From the NCBI GenBank assembly GCA_964291625.2, contig OZ220089.1:3232001-3296000 (forward strand): DNA of 64,000 bases, read 5' to 3'. The position numbers and the translations under genes are program-made. Origin of the DNA: Candidatus Latescibacterota bacterium (GTDB lineage: Bacteria; Latescibacterota; UBA2968; UBA8231). The notes below the pieces were generated by a model, which saw only the letters and a list, made by a program, of their open reading frames with translations, was not told the origin of the DNA and did no database searches. Of the stretch, positions 1-8,938 are shown one piece after another. Within the stretch, counting starts at the first letter, position 1; each line of letters opens with the position of its first letter.

Positions 1-57
1 GAGGGCAACGTGATGGGCCTGTTCCAGAGGGACGACGGTGCCGCGTCCCCGGAGTAG
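1..57 (+). CDS. 3' end of a probable VOC/glyoxalase family protein (partial)
   Basis: Frame 1 reads EGNVMGLFQRDDGAASPE*; the (D)xEGNxxGL ending is typical of VOC proteins. Only 18 codons are visible. Confidence 0.45.
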   Translation, partial: EGNVMGLFQRDDGAASPE

Positions 58-265
58 ATCACGAATTCCCGGTCGCGCCGGGCCTGTCCGAGAAACCGGA
101 CGAGTCCGGCCTGCGAGGGACTGGTTGTCCAGGAAACTGGAAGGATGGTCGATCGAGCAGCCGCGGGGGTCAGTCGAGAGATGATGCGCGGTGCGAAAAC
201 CTGAAGGCACACTTCTTGCGTTCCCTTCCCAGGTAGGTATCGGGGCCATGCCCGCCCGCCGCATG

Positions 266-280
266 CGGCACGGTCACAGC
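266..280 (+). promoter_or_regulatory. Candidate sigma-54 -24/-12 promoter (CGGCACGGTCACAGC)
   Basis: GG-N10-GC spacing with a GGCACG core (consensus TGGCACGNNNNTTGC), ~30 nt upstream of the ATG at 312; RBS GGAGGA at 301-306. The -12 element is imperfect. Confidence 0.3.
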
Positions 281-311
281 GGCCGTCTCCGCGACTGCCT
301 GGAGGAACACC

Positions 312-2744
312 ATGTTGATCCGCATTCTCTGCCTGCTGTTGCCCGCGTTGTTCATCTCCCACAGCTCGGGGGACGAGTTCCCCGAGCCGGAGCAGACCCT
401 CTCCCCCTTCTTCTTCGTCCAGACCGACGATCCGGAGCTGGACCCGCTGCCGATGAAGTCGATCTCGGCCGAGGTCAAGATCGCGGGGGTCATCGCCGAC
501 GTGGTGATCCGCCAGGAGTACGCCAACGAAGGCGGCAAGCCGCTGGAGGCGACCTACGTCTTCCCCGCCTCGACCCAGGCGGCCGTGTACGGGATGGAGA
601 TGACCATCGGCGAGCGGGTCGTCACCGCCGAGATCCGGGAGCGGGAGGAGGCGCGGCAGGAGTACGAAGATGCGATCGAAGCGGGCTACACGGCCTCGCT
701 GTTGGAGCAGCAGCGGCCCAACGTCTTCCAGATGACGGTGGGCAACATCCTGCCCGGCGACCGCATTCTCGTGGAGCTGAGGTACACGGAAACCCTCGTG
801 CCCACGGAGGGTGAGTACGAGTTCGTCTATCCCACGGTCGTGGGGCCGCGGTACTCCGAGATCCCCCTGGCCGAGGCCGACCACAGGGACCTGTTCGTGG
901 CGACGCCGTACACACACGAGGGGAAGCCGGCGATCTACGGTTTCGACATCGACGTGGAGCTGCGGACGGGCGTGCCGATCCAGTCCCTCTCCTCGATCTC
1001 CCACGACATCGAGGTCACCTATCCCGAGCCCAACCGGGCCCGGGTGGCGCTGGCCGATCCGGGCGGGACCGGCGGCAACCGGGACTACATCCTGCGCTAC
1101 CGGCTGGCGGGCGACCAGATCGAGTCGGGCCTGCTGCTCTACGAAGGGGAGGGCGAGGAGGAGAGCTTCTTCCTCTTCATGGGTCAGCCGCCCGAGCGCG
1201 TCCTCGAGGACGAGATCCCCCCGAGGGAGTACATCTTCGTCGTCGACGTCTCCGGCTCGATGCACGGCTATCCACTGGATGTGTCGAAGGCGCTGCTGAG
1301 AGACCTGATCGAGCCGCTCCGCCCCACCGATCACTTCAACGTGCTGCTCTTCGCCTACGGTTCCAGCGTGCTCTCCCCGGAGTCCCTCCCCGCGTCGAGC
1401 GAGAACGTGGAGCGGGCTCTCGAAGTCATCGATGGCCAGCAGGGCGGGGGCGGGACCCGGCTCGCGCAGGCCCTCCGTCGCGCCATCGATCTGCCCCGGA
1501 CAAGCGAGACGACATCCCGTTCCATCGTGATCGCCACCGACGGGTACATCACGGTGGAGGCGGAGGTCTTCGACCTGATCCGGAAAAACCTCGGCGATGC
1601 CAACGTCTTCGCCTTCGGCATCGGCACCGGCGTCAACCGCTTCCTCATCGAGGGCATGGCGCGCATCGGTTCGGGCGAACCCTTCGTCGTCACCGAGGAG
1701 GCCGAGGCGGAGGAGACCGCGGACCGGTTCCGCGAGTACATCCGCACGCCGGTCCTCTCGGGGACGACCTTCACCGCCGATGGATTCGAGATCTACGAGG
1801 TGGAGCCGCTCTCCATTCCGGACCTGCTGGCGGAGCGGCCGGTCCTGGTCTACGGGAAGTGGCGGGGCGATCGCCGGGGAACGGTGTCGTTGCGAGGGCA
1901 TACGGGACAGGGTGAGTACGGCGTCGACATCGACGTCTCCGAGGTGACGCCCGACGAGTCCAACGCGGCCCTGCGCTATCTCTGGGCCCGCCGGCTCATC
2001 GCCACCCTGGGCGACTACGCGGGGTTGGGGTTCGAGGATGAGACCCGGGTGAAGAGCCACATCCTGGAGCTGGGTCTGACCTACAACCTGCTCACCGCCT
2101 ACACCTCCTTCGTCGCCGTCGACCGGGTGGTGCGCAACGACGGCACCGAGGTGGTCAGCGTGGGCCAGCCTCTGCCCCTGCCCCAGGGGGTATCCGACGA
2201 GGCGGTGGGCGGCGGTGGTGGCTACGCCACCACCGGGATCGAGGAAGTGCTCGCCACCGCCTCCTGGTTCGACAGAGACTTCCACCTGAGCGATGGCGTG
2301 TGGATCGACTCCGAGTACACCCCCGGCGATCCGGTGATGGAGCACGCCACCGCCCTCGCCGCGCCGGATGAGCTCGAGAGGTTCGCCTCCCTCCAGAAGG
2401 AGATGATCGTGGTCGCCGAGGGACAGGCCTGGCGGCTGCGGGGTCCGGCCCTGCCGCAGACGGCGGTGCTGCACCAGAACACGCCGAACCCCTTCAACGC
2501 GGAGACCAGCATCCGCATCACCATCGCCGGCGGACACGGTCCGCAGCCGGTGCGCCTGGAGATCTACGACTTGACCGGGCGGCGGGTGCTCGTCGAGGCG
2601 TGGGAAGGCCTCGCCCCCGGGGACCACGTATACTCATGGGACGGCACCGACGACGAGGGCCGCGCCGTGGGAACGGGCGTCTACCTGTATCGCCTGGTCC
2701 AGCCCGGCCACGCGGCGATGCGCAAGATGATGCTGATGAAGTAG
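312..2744 (+). CDS. Secreted VIT + vWA domain protein with C-terminal FlgD-Ig/T9SS-type sorting domain
   Basis: Signal peptide; VIT segment (EATYVFP...EARQEYE...LLEQQRPNVF); vWA MIDAS DVSGS...TDG; C-terminal LHQNTPNPFN...GVYLYRL; RBS GGAGG. Confidence 0.9.
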   Translation: MLIRILCLLLPALFISHSSGDEFPEPEQTLSPFFFVQTDDPELDPLPMKSISAEVKIAGVIADVVIRQEYANEGGKPLEATYVFPASTQAAVYGMEMTIGERVVTAEIREREEARQEYEDAIEAGYTASLLEQQRPNVFQMTVGNILPGDRILVELRYTETLVPTEGEYEFVYPTVVGPRYSEIPLAEADHRDLFVATPYTHEGKPAIYGFDIDVELRTGVPIQSLSSISHDIEVTYPEPNRARVALADPGGTGGNRDYILRYRLAGDQIESGLLLYEGEGEEESFFLFMGQPPERVLEDEIPPREYIFVVDVSGSMHGYPLDVSKALLRDLIEPLRPTDHFNVLLFAYGSSVLSPESLPASSENVERALEVIDGQQGGGGTRLAQALRRAIDLPRTSETTSRSIVIATDGYITVEAEVFDLIRKNLGDANVFAFGIGTGVNRFLIEGMARIGSGEPFVVTEEAEAEETADRFREYIRTPVLSGTTFTADGFEIYEVEPLSIPDLLAERPVLVYGKWRGDRRGTVSLRGHTGQGEYGVDIDVSEVTPDESNAALRYLWARRLIATLGDYAGLGFEDETRVKSHILELGLTYNLLTAYTSFVAVDRVVRNDGTEVVSVGQPLPLPQGVSDEAVGGGGGYATTGIEEVLATASWFDRDFHLSDGVWIDSEYTPGDPVMEHATALAAPDELERFASLQKEMIVVAEGQAWRLRGPALPQTAVLHQNTPNPFNAETSIRITIAGGHGPQPVRLEIYDLTGRRVLVEAWEGLAPGDHVYSWDGTDDEGRAVGTGVYLYRLVQPGHAAMRKMMLMK

Positions 2745-2756
2745 AAGAGGAGATCC

Positions 2757-3137
2757 ATGGAACGGCGGAACATATCGAGCCACAACCCCTTCGAGGAGGA
2801 GTTCGGCTATTCGCGGGCCGTGCGGGTCGGCGACCACGTCCACGTGGCCGGCACCTGCGCCCGCCCGCCCCACGACGAGGGAGGCACCTACGAGCAGTCG
2901 GCGGCCGTCCTCGACATCATCGCCGCGGCCCTGACCGAGGCGGGGGCGAGTCTGAAGGATGTGGTGCGGACCGTGGTCTACGTGACCGACATCTCGGACA
3001 TGAAGGAGGTGGCCCGCGCCCACAACGAGCGCTTCGCCGGCGTCAAGCCGGCGTCGACGCTGGTGCAGGTGGCGGCCCTGGGGAGGCCCCAGCTCCGGGT
3101 CGAGATCGAGGCCTACGCCATCCTGACGGAGGGCTGA
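2757..3137 (+). CDS. RidA/YjgF family protein
   Basis: GYSRAVRVG, VVRT, PASTLVQV..L...VEIEA motifs; RBS GAGGAG. Confidence 0.9.
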   Translation: MERRNISSHNPFEEEFGYSRAVRVGDHVHVAGTCARPPHDEGGTYEQSAAVLDIIAAALTEAGASLKDVVRTVVYVTDISDMKEVARAHNERFAGVKPASTLVQVAALGRPQLRVEIEAYAILTEG

Positions 3138-3144
3138 CCCGCCC

Positions 3145-3597
3145 TCAGTCGTGGGCGCAGTAGAAGTCCTTCAGGTCGACGCCGTGCTCGAGACGGGCCT
3201 TGAGGCTGGCGAAGAAGTGGGTCCAGCCGGAGCACTGCTCGAAGGCGCTGGCGATCCCCTCGCCGTCGGACCGCCAGCCGGACTCGCTCACGAGGACCTT
3301 CGTGCCGTCACCCCTCGGCTCGAAGGTGAATGCGAACCGCGTCCGATAGCCGACGTCGTTGCAGGCGGGCCAGTTGCAGACGATCCGCTCGCCGGGGACC
3401 ACCTCCTCGACGTGGACGTCGATCTCGAGATCCCCGAACCGCCAGAGGACGGTCCGTCCTGCTTCCAGGGAGGCGCTCGAGGCGTCGGTGAAGTAGGTGC
3501 TGATCGCCGCCTTGTCCGTGATCGCCGCGAAGACCTCGTCCACCGCCGCGTCGATGACGCAGCAGAACTCGAAACCCAGCTCCCGCCTGTCTTCCAT
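3145..3597 (-). CDS. SRPBCC/AHSA1 (START-like) domain protein
   Basis: Start trimmed to ATG 3597 (MEDRRELGFEF); IDAAVDEVFAAITD...W...GWTHFFASLKARLE pattern. Confidence 0.85.
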   Translation of the reverse strand: MEDRRELGFEFCCVIDAAVDEVFAAITDKAAISTYFTDASSASLEAGRTVLWRFGDLEIDVHVEEVVPGERIVCNWPACNDVGYRTRFAFTFEPRGDGTKVLVSESGWRSDGEGIASAFEQCSGWTHFFASLKARLEHGVDLKDFYCAHD

Positions 3598-3647
3598 CGA
3601 AACCCCCAGTCCCACGTGTTGACCCGTCCTGCCTCGAGCGCGGGCGG

Positions 3648-5303
3648 CTATGCACCTTCGTCCGGGGCCAGCAGCAGGACCTCGCAGCTCTCCAGGCGCG
3701 GCCACGGCGAGGGCGTCCGGCTGCCGTCGAGGATGACGAGCACGGTGTTGATCCCCTGACGCAGGGGCGGACCGTCGAAGACCCTCCAGCGCCGGCCGCG
3801 GCGATTCTCCACGATGCGGTCCGCCGCCGGGTCCAGGCGCCTGCCGTTGACGGTCAGCTGCAGTCGGTCCTCCGCTCCCTCGCAGTCCTCCAGGCACAGA
3901 CGCAGCTCGCACCGGGCGATCCGCCCCTCGGCGAGTCCCGCCTCGATGTCGTCGTCGACGCGGATCCGCAGGGCGTGCTCGGGCCCGGCGCCGCGGCCGG
4001 CGAGGGCCAGCTTGCGAGGCAGCTGCGGCCGGTGGTCGGGGCCGGCCGCCGCCGGCAGGTAGTAGCAGCGGTTGCGCCGCTCCAGGACCGCGGGATCGCG
4101 CAGCTCGGCCACCATGCGCAGGTGGTAGTCGTCGAAGTCGTTGAAGTCGCCGCTGGCGGCCGGCGCGGCGCGGTGGGAGGGGTAGCCGAAGTTGAAGAGG
4201 TGGACGCCGGCGGCGCCGTCCCGGTAGCCGTTGAGGGCCGTGGCCCGCAGCACGCTGGCGGGGCTCTCCTCGTAGCCCTCCTGGGGCGAGACCGTGTAGG
4301 TCTTGGTGTCGAAGCCGGTGTAGACCGCCACGCCGCTATCCTTGCCAAGGGCCGCCGCCGGAGCGACGTCGATCTCGTGCACGCAGTAGCCCGGTGAACC
4401 GAGGACCACCGCGTCGGCCAGCCCCTCACGGATCCAGGTCTCCACGTCCAGCCCCTCTTCGAGAGACTCGCCGAGCCCGGCGGGCACCCGCGCGATCAGG
4501 CGCAGGTCCCGGCCCGTCCCGGCGCCGCGGCGGTCCACGAGCTGCCGGGCCTGCTCCATGAAGCGGGTCATGACCGGGATGTTGGCGAACTTCTCGCCGC
4601 CGCGGAAGAAGGGCGGCGCCCGGCTGAAGTCGAGCTCCAGACCGTCGAAGTCGTAGCGCTCCAGGGTCTCGTCGAAGAGCCCGAGGAAGCGCTCCCTCAC
4701 CTCCGCCTCGGCGTAGTTCCACACCCACGAGAAGGACCAGTCGGCGCCGTGGCGGCAGCCGAAGGGCACGGGCGAGCCGATGAGCAGGCGGCGGCGGTCC
4801 TGCTTCTGCCGCGAGCGTCCGTACCAGCCCCGGGCCTCGTCGCAGGCGTGGGCGTCGTTCATGCGGAAGCCGGCGAAGACCGGCAGGCCGCTGCGCCGGG
4901 CGCCGTCGATGTAGATCTGCATCAGCTCGTGGCCGTCGGCGATCACCTGGCCGAGGAGCAGGTGCAGGAACTCGTGGGCGTCGGCCGGCCGGCGCCCCCC
5001 GACCTGCTTGATGGGCCGGCCGTGGATGTGGGGCGCCTGGTCCTGCTTCAGCGGATGGCCGTGGATGTCCCGGGGGACCGGGTCCGGCTGCCACTCGGTG
5101 ATGTGGTCGCCGAAGAGCTGCGCGTGCGGGCTGCCCCGCCAGGAGATGTCGTCGTCGATGCCGGCCAGCACGGAGAGGGCATCGACCCCGGCCTCGGCGA
5201 GGACGGGTATCAGCCGGACGATGTCGTTGGGGTCCCGGCGGTCCTGATAGTTGATGATCCAGTGGCCGTCGGTGTTGTGGATGACGCGGGGAGGCCAGCT
5301 CAT
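3648..5303 (-). CDS. Glycoside hydrolase-like (GHL10-like TIM barrel) protein
   Basis: HNTDG, FRMNDAH, WNYAEAEVR, YDFDGLELDF, GVHLFNF motifs and a C-terminal beta-sandwich; paralog at 44680. Confidence 0.7.
   Translation of the reverse strand: MSWPPRVIHNTDGHWIINYQDRRDPNDIVRLIPVLAEAGVDALSVLAGIDDDISWRGSPHAQLFGDHITEWQPDPVPRDIHGHPLKQDQAPHIHGRPIKQVGGRRPADAHEFLHLLLGQVIADGHELMQIYIDGARRSGLPVFAGFRMNDAHACDEARGWYGRSRQKQDRRRLLIGSPVPFGCRHGADWSFSWVWNYAEAEVRERFLGLFDETLERYDFDGLELDFSRAPPFFRGGEKFANIPVMTRFMEQARQLVDRRGAGTGRDLRLIARVPAGLGESLEEGLDVETWIREGLADAVVLGSPGYCVHEIDVAPAAALGKDSGVAVYTGFDTKTYTVSPQEGYEESPASVLRATALNGYRDGAAGVHLFNFGYPSHRAAPAASGDFNDFDDYHLRMVAELRDPAVLERRNRCYYLPAAAGPDHRPQLPRKLALAGRGAGPEHALRIRVDDDIEAGLAEGRIARCELRLCLEDCEGAEDRLQLTVNGRRLDPAADRIVENRRGRRWRVFDGPPLRQGINTVLVILDGSRTPSPWPRLESCEVLLLAPDEGA
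4719..4906 (+). repeat. 188-bp direct repeat, copy 1 (internal to the GHL10-like gene); copy 2 at 30201-30388
   Basis: Manual alignment gives 11 mismatches in 188 nt (~94%), no indels. Confidence 0.9.
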
Positions 5304-8300
5304 GACTTGGGCCGCTGCAATCCATGGGAGCGCATGCGGGAACGGAGGCGTTCCGGATTCATCCCCAACAGCCTGGCCGCACCGTGCTCTCCGTAGATCC
5401 TCCCCTTTGTCGCCCGGAGGGCGTCCATGATCTGCTGCTTCTCGCTCCGTTCATCCGGCAGCGACACATGGCAGACCTCCAGGACCGGGCCTTCGCACAG
5501 CATCAGGCCCCGCCGTATCAGGTGCTCGAGCTCGCGGACGTTCCCCGGCCAGGAGTACTTCCGCAAGTAGGTCAGGGTCTCCTGGCTCAGTGTGGGTACC
5601 GGGCGCCGCAGCTGCCGGGCGAATTCAGCGGCAAAGTGCTCTGCCAGGCCCGGGATCTCCTCGCGGCGGTCTCGCAGAGGCGGCAGCACCACCGGGAAGG
5701 TGTTCAGGCGGTAGTAGAGTGGAGCCCGGAAGGCCTCTTCCTTGACCATTTCCCCCAGATCCCGGTCCGTTGCGGCAATCACCCGGACGTCCACCGGAAC
5801 GGACTCCACTCCTCCCACCCGTCTCAGCAGGCCATCGTCCAGGATGTGGAGCAGGGCCTGTTGCCCGGCGGGTGGCAGATCGGCGACCTCATCCAGGAAC
5901 AAGGTCCCTTCATGGGCCTGCTCCATGAGGCCGATCGTTCGCCTCTCCCCGCCCGGGACTGCTCCCGGTTCATGCCCGAACAGTTCACTCTCGACCCGCG
6001 AGGCGGTCAGGGACCCGCAATTGACGTGGACGAAGGCGTGTTGCCTGCGCGGGCTCAGGTCATGGACTTCACGGGCCACGAGACCCTTGCCCGTACCTGT
6101 CTCTCCATGCAACAGCAAGGTCATGTCGGTCGCCGCCACCCGCCGGAGCCGCTCCAGGATCCGCGCTATGGTCGCACTGTGGCCTGGAACCGAATCCACC
6201 CGGCTCTCGTCGGTTGCGCCCGGGACGATCCGAACCTGCAACAGCGCTGACTCGGACACGTTGCCTTCCGGGTCCCGGACCCGCACCTCGAAACGATACT
6301 CGCCGATGGACAGGTCCTGGTACGACACCCGGTTCTTCGGCGTGAACTCACTCCACTCCGCCTTCGAACCGTTGCCCACGAGACGGTGGCTGTAGAGCAA
6401 CGGATCCTCATCGATCCTGAATCGGATACCCTGAAAGTGAATCACCACTTCAGCCGTACCCCGCGGAAATGAGACGGATTCAGGCGCCTCCAGAAGCCGG
6501 CCCTCCACGAGTTGGCGTATAACGAGGCCAGGGGAGACATGGTGAGGCTGGTACGAGATGAGGCCTGCCCCGGTCCCAAACCAGAGCCGGCCCAGGCGAT
6601 CGCAGAGAATCGCGTGGACCGCCCCGCTCTCCAGCGGACCCTCGCCTGGGCGAAGACGACGGAAGGCCTGGCCATCGTAGCTCGAGACCCCACCGCCATC
6701 GGTTCCGATCCACAGCCGCCCCTGCCGGTCGGTGGTCAGCGACAGGATGCGGTTGGCTGACAGGCCCTGAGCCATGGTGAACCTGCGCACCTCCCGGGAG
6801 CGCGGGTCAACGGAGAAAAGCCCGGCGGTGGTCCCCAGCCAGAGCATTCCCGAGTGCTCGCACAGGGCGTTCACCCCGGGAATCGCTTCCAGCCCGGCGA
6901 AGTCAGCCGCACGGAGACGATCGGCACCGTCCGTGTAGTACAGGGCCGGACTCCCCAGGCCCGAACCGATCCAGAAGACGCCGCCGCTATCCTCCATGAT
7001 CGCCCTGCACGCATAGGGCAACCGATCCTCCAGAGCGACGAACCGTTCTTCCTCGAAGTGTCCGAGGAGCCCATGTGAAGTGCCGACCCACAGACGCCCT
7101 GTCCGGTCCGCGCACAGCCCTGTAACGATCTCGTGATCGTCCCCTGCGAGTTCGGCGACCACCCGGGATTCCGAGCTCGCCCCCTTGGATACCTTGCCTG
7201 CCGCGTCGCCGACCCAGAGCGTTCCCTGCCGGTCCACCTCCATTGCGAAGACCGCAGGCCCCGTCGTCATCGGGCGGATCCTGTCCTCTTCATGGCAGGC
7301 GATCCCCTTGCTGGTGCCGATCCAGACCCGGCCTCGGCGGTCCTCGACCAGGGATCTGACAAGGTTGCCGGGGAGGCCGTCAACCTCCGTGTACCTCCTG
7401 ACGCCGGACCTGGCGACAAAGAGCAGGCCGCCGCCCCAGGACCCGATCCAGATGTTCTTCTCGTGGTCCTCGTACGTCAGACGGGTACTCCTGAAATCCA
7501 TCTCCGGGAAGGCGTCCGAGAACGGATACCAGGTCTGCCCGTCATGCACCAGCACCCCCCGGCGGGCCATCCACAGCCAGCCCCTGTCGTCCACGCGGAC
7601 ATGCCGTATTCCCGGCCTCACGATCTCTGCCGCCTCGGGGGCGCTCACATCGACGAAGTCGAGGTGCCGGCTCCGCGGATCGTAACGGCCCACAACGGCT
7701 TCCTCGTTCCTCTGAGGAGCGATCCACAGACGGCCGGAAGTGTCCTGGGCCAGCTTCCAGGCCCATTTGTGGGCACCGCCCTGGCCGAAGAGGGGGCTCA
7801 TGCAGCGGCCATCCAGGCTGATGATCCCCCGGGTCCGCGTGGCCAGCCAGGTCGTGCCCGTGGAGTCGGTCACCAGGTCGTGCACCCGCCCTATGGGCCG
7901 GCCCCCGATTTCGGTGGTGGACTCCACGCACCGGCCGCCGGCGAACCGGCAGACTCCGGCCCCCGAAAGCACCTGCAATGAGCCATCGGGCTGCGGCTGC
8001 AGGCCCAGGATTTCGTTGGACGGCAGGCCGTGCTCCGTGGTGTACACCCGGAACCCCCGGCCGTCGAAGGCGGCCAGTCCCCCGCCGAGCGTACCGAACC
8101 ACAGCTGCCCGCCCGCGTCTTCGGCGATGGTCATCACCGTGAGAGAGGGAAGGCCGTCGGACAGTCCGAAGTTCTCGAAGACTTCTCCGTCGAACCGGCT
8201 CACCCCGCCGTCGGCGGTGGCGACCCAGAGCAGACCGCGTCCGTCCTGGAAGAGATCCTCAACCAGCATCCCGGCCAGCCCGTCCTGGAGGGTGAACTGG

Positions 8301-8350
8301 CGGGCGCCGGTGTAGCCGAAGGGTGTGGTTCCTCCCGGCTTCATGGGCAA
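5300..8350 (-). CDS. NtrC-type AAA+ transcriptional regulator with N-terminal two-component-regulator beta-propeller repeats and Y_Y_Y domain
   Basis: Many 'GLP.N.V..I.ED..G.LW.GT' repeats; Y_Y_Y (YSHRL...YQDLSIGEYRFEVR); Walker A GETGTGKG, TLFLDEV, LYYRLN, WPGNVRELE; C-terminal Fis-type HTH (GAARLLGM). Confidence 0.9.
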   Translation of the reverse strand: MPMKPGGTTPFGYTGARQFTLQDGLAGMLVEDLFQDGRGLLWVATADGGVSRFDGEVFENFGLSDGLPSLTVMTIAEDAGGQLWFGTLGGGLAAFDGRGFRVYTTEHGLPSNEILGLQPQPDGSLQVLSGAGVCRFAGGRCVESTTEIGGRPIGRVHDLVTDSTGTTWLATRTRGIISLDGRCMSPLFGQGGAHKWAWKLAQDTSGRLWIAPQRNEEAVVGRYDPRSRHLDFVDVSAPEAAEIVRPGIRHVRVDDRGWLWMARRGVLVHDGQTWYPFSDAFPEMDFRSTRLTYEDHEKNIWIGSWGGGLLFVARSGVRRYTEVDGLPGNLVRSLVEDRRGRVWIGTSKGIACHEEDRIRPMTTGPAVFAMEVDRQGTLWVGDAAGKVSKGASSESRVVAELAGDDHEIVTGLCADRTGRLWVGTSHGLLGHFEEERFVALEDRLPYACRAIMEDSGGVFWIGSGLGSPALYYTDGADRLRAADFAGLEAIPGVNALCEHSGMLWLGTTAGLFSVDPRSREVRRFTMAQGLSANRILSLTTDRQGRLWIGTDGGGVSSYDGQAFRRLRPGEGPLESGAVHAILCDRLGRLWFGTGAGLISYQPHHVSPGLVIRQLVEGRLLEAPESVSFPRGTAEVVIHFQGIRFRIDEDPLLYSHRLVGNGSKAEWSEFTPKNRVSYQDLSIGEYRFEVRVRDPEGNVSESALLQVRIVPGATDESRVDSVPGHSATIARILERLRRVAATDMTLLLHGETGTGKGLVAREVHDLSPRRQHAFVHVNCGSLTASRVESELFGHEPGAVPGGERRTIGLMEQAHEGTLFLDEVADLPPAGQQALLHILDDGLLRRVGGVESVPVDVRVIAATDRDLGEMVKEEAFRAPLYYRLNTFPVVLPPLRDRREEIPGLAEHFAAEFARQLRRPVPTLSQETLTYLRKYSWPGNVRELEHLIRRGLMLCEGPVLEVCHVSLPDERSEKQQIMDALRATKGRIYGEHGAARLLGMNPERLRSRMRSHGLQRPKS

Positions 8351-8754
8351 TGCTCGTCATCCCCGTGGCGGTGGTGGAGGCGATCTCCCCGGGCAGCGCG
8401 AAATCTCCAGCCGCCTGCCCGAGCAACCACGTTGGAATTAGGGTGGACCTGCGGAGTTGATCAAGGAGCAGCTCTGAGTCAGGGCCTACCTGCCCTGACA
8501 CGGGTCTCTCGCGCACCTGGGGGACCCGGGCAGAGTAGCCTAGTCAGAAAGTGGAATTGAGCGGATACGCTCTAAACGTATGGATCTAAAACCACAGATT
8601 TCATTGGCCAGCAGCGATATAAGGATGAATGGTCGTATCCATACGTTCATAGCGTACGATGGCCAGACTTTCCATGTATCGCCAGCTTCTGCCAAGTGTT
8701 GAATTTCCACTTGCTTTTTCGCAGTAGGGACCCCCTTATCTGAGGCCATGCAGG

Positions 8755-8769
8755 TGGATATTTAAGTGC
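8755..8769 (+). promoter_or_regulatory. Weak candidate sigma-54-type promoter (TGGATATTTAAGTGC) in the AT-rich divergent intergenic region
   Basis: TGG...TGC with GG-N10-GC spacing ~33 nt upstream of a purine-rich RBS-ATG (8802); poor match at the CAC positions. Confidence 0.2.
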
Positions 8770-8801
8770 CTGTTTCCAATGACATGACAGGAAGAGGCAG
8801 G

Positions 8802-8908
8802 ATGAGACTGAGACAAGCCCCCCCTCCGGTTGCATGCAGGCAGCCTGGCCCCGGCGGCCTTCCTGATGCTGATCCAGGGCCCGTCCGAGGTCCTGGCCGA
8901 CCGCGAGA
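8802..8908 (+). pseudogene. Relic signal-peptide segment homologous to the N-terminus of the A2 gene (14281-14374)
   Basis: Reads LRLHAGSLAPAAFLMLIQGPSEVLADRE versus A2 LRLPAASLALAAFLMLKGVHGPSEVFADHE, with clear DNA similarity. It is out of frame with ATG 8802 (C7 run) and with the gene at 8939. Confidence 0.7.
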
Positions 8909-8938
8909 GACGTCCATGTCCCCAAGAACTGCCGAGAG

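Noticed and set aside
8755-8769. Direct sigma-54 activation of the cassette by the adjacent regulator
   Set aside because: The promoter match is weak and the regulator lacks an intact GAFTGA loop, so the link is not asserted.
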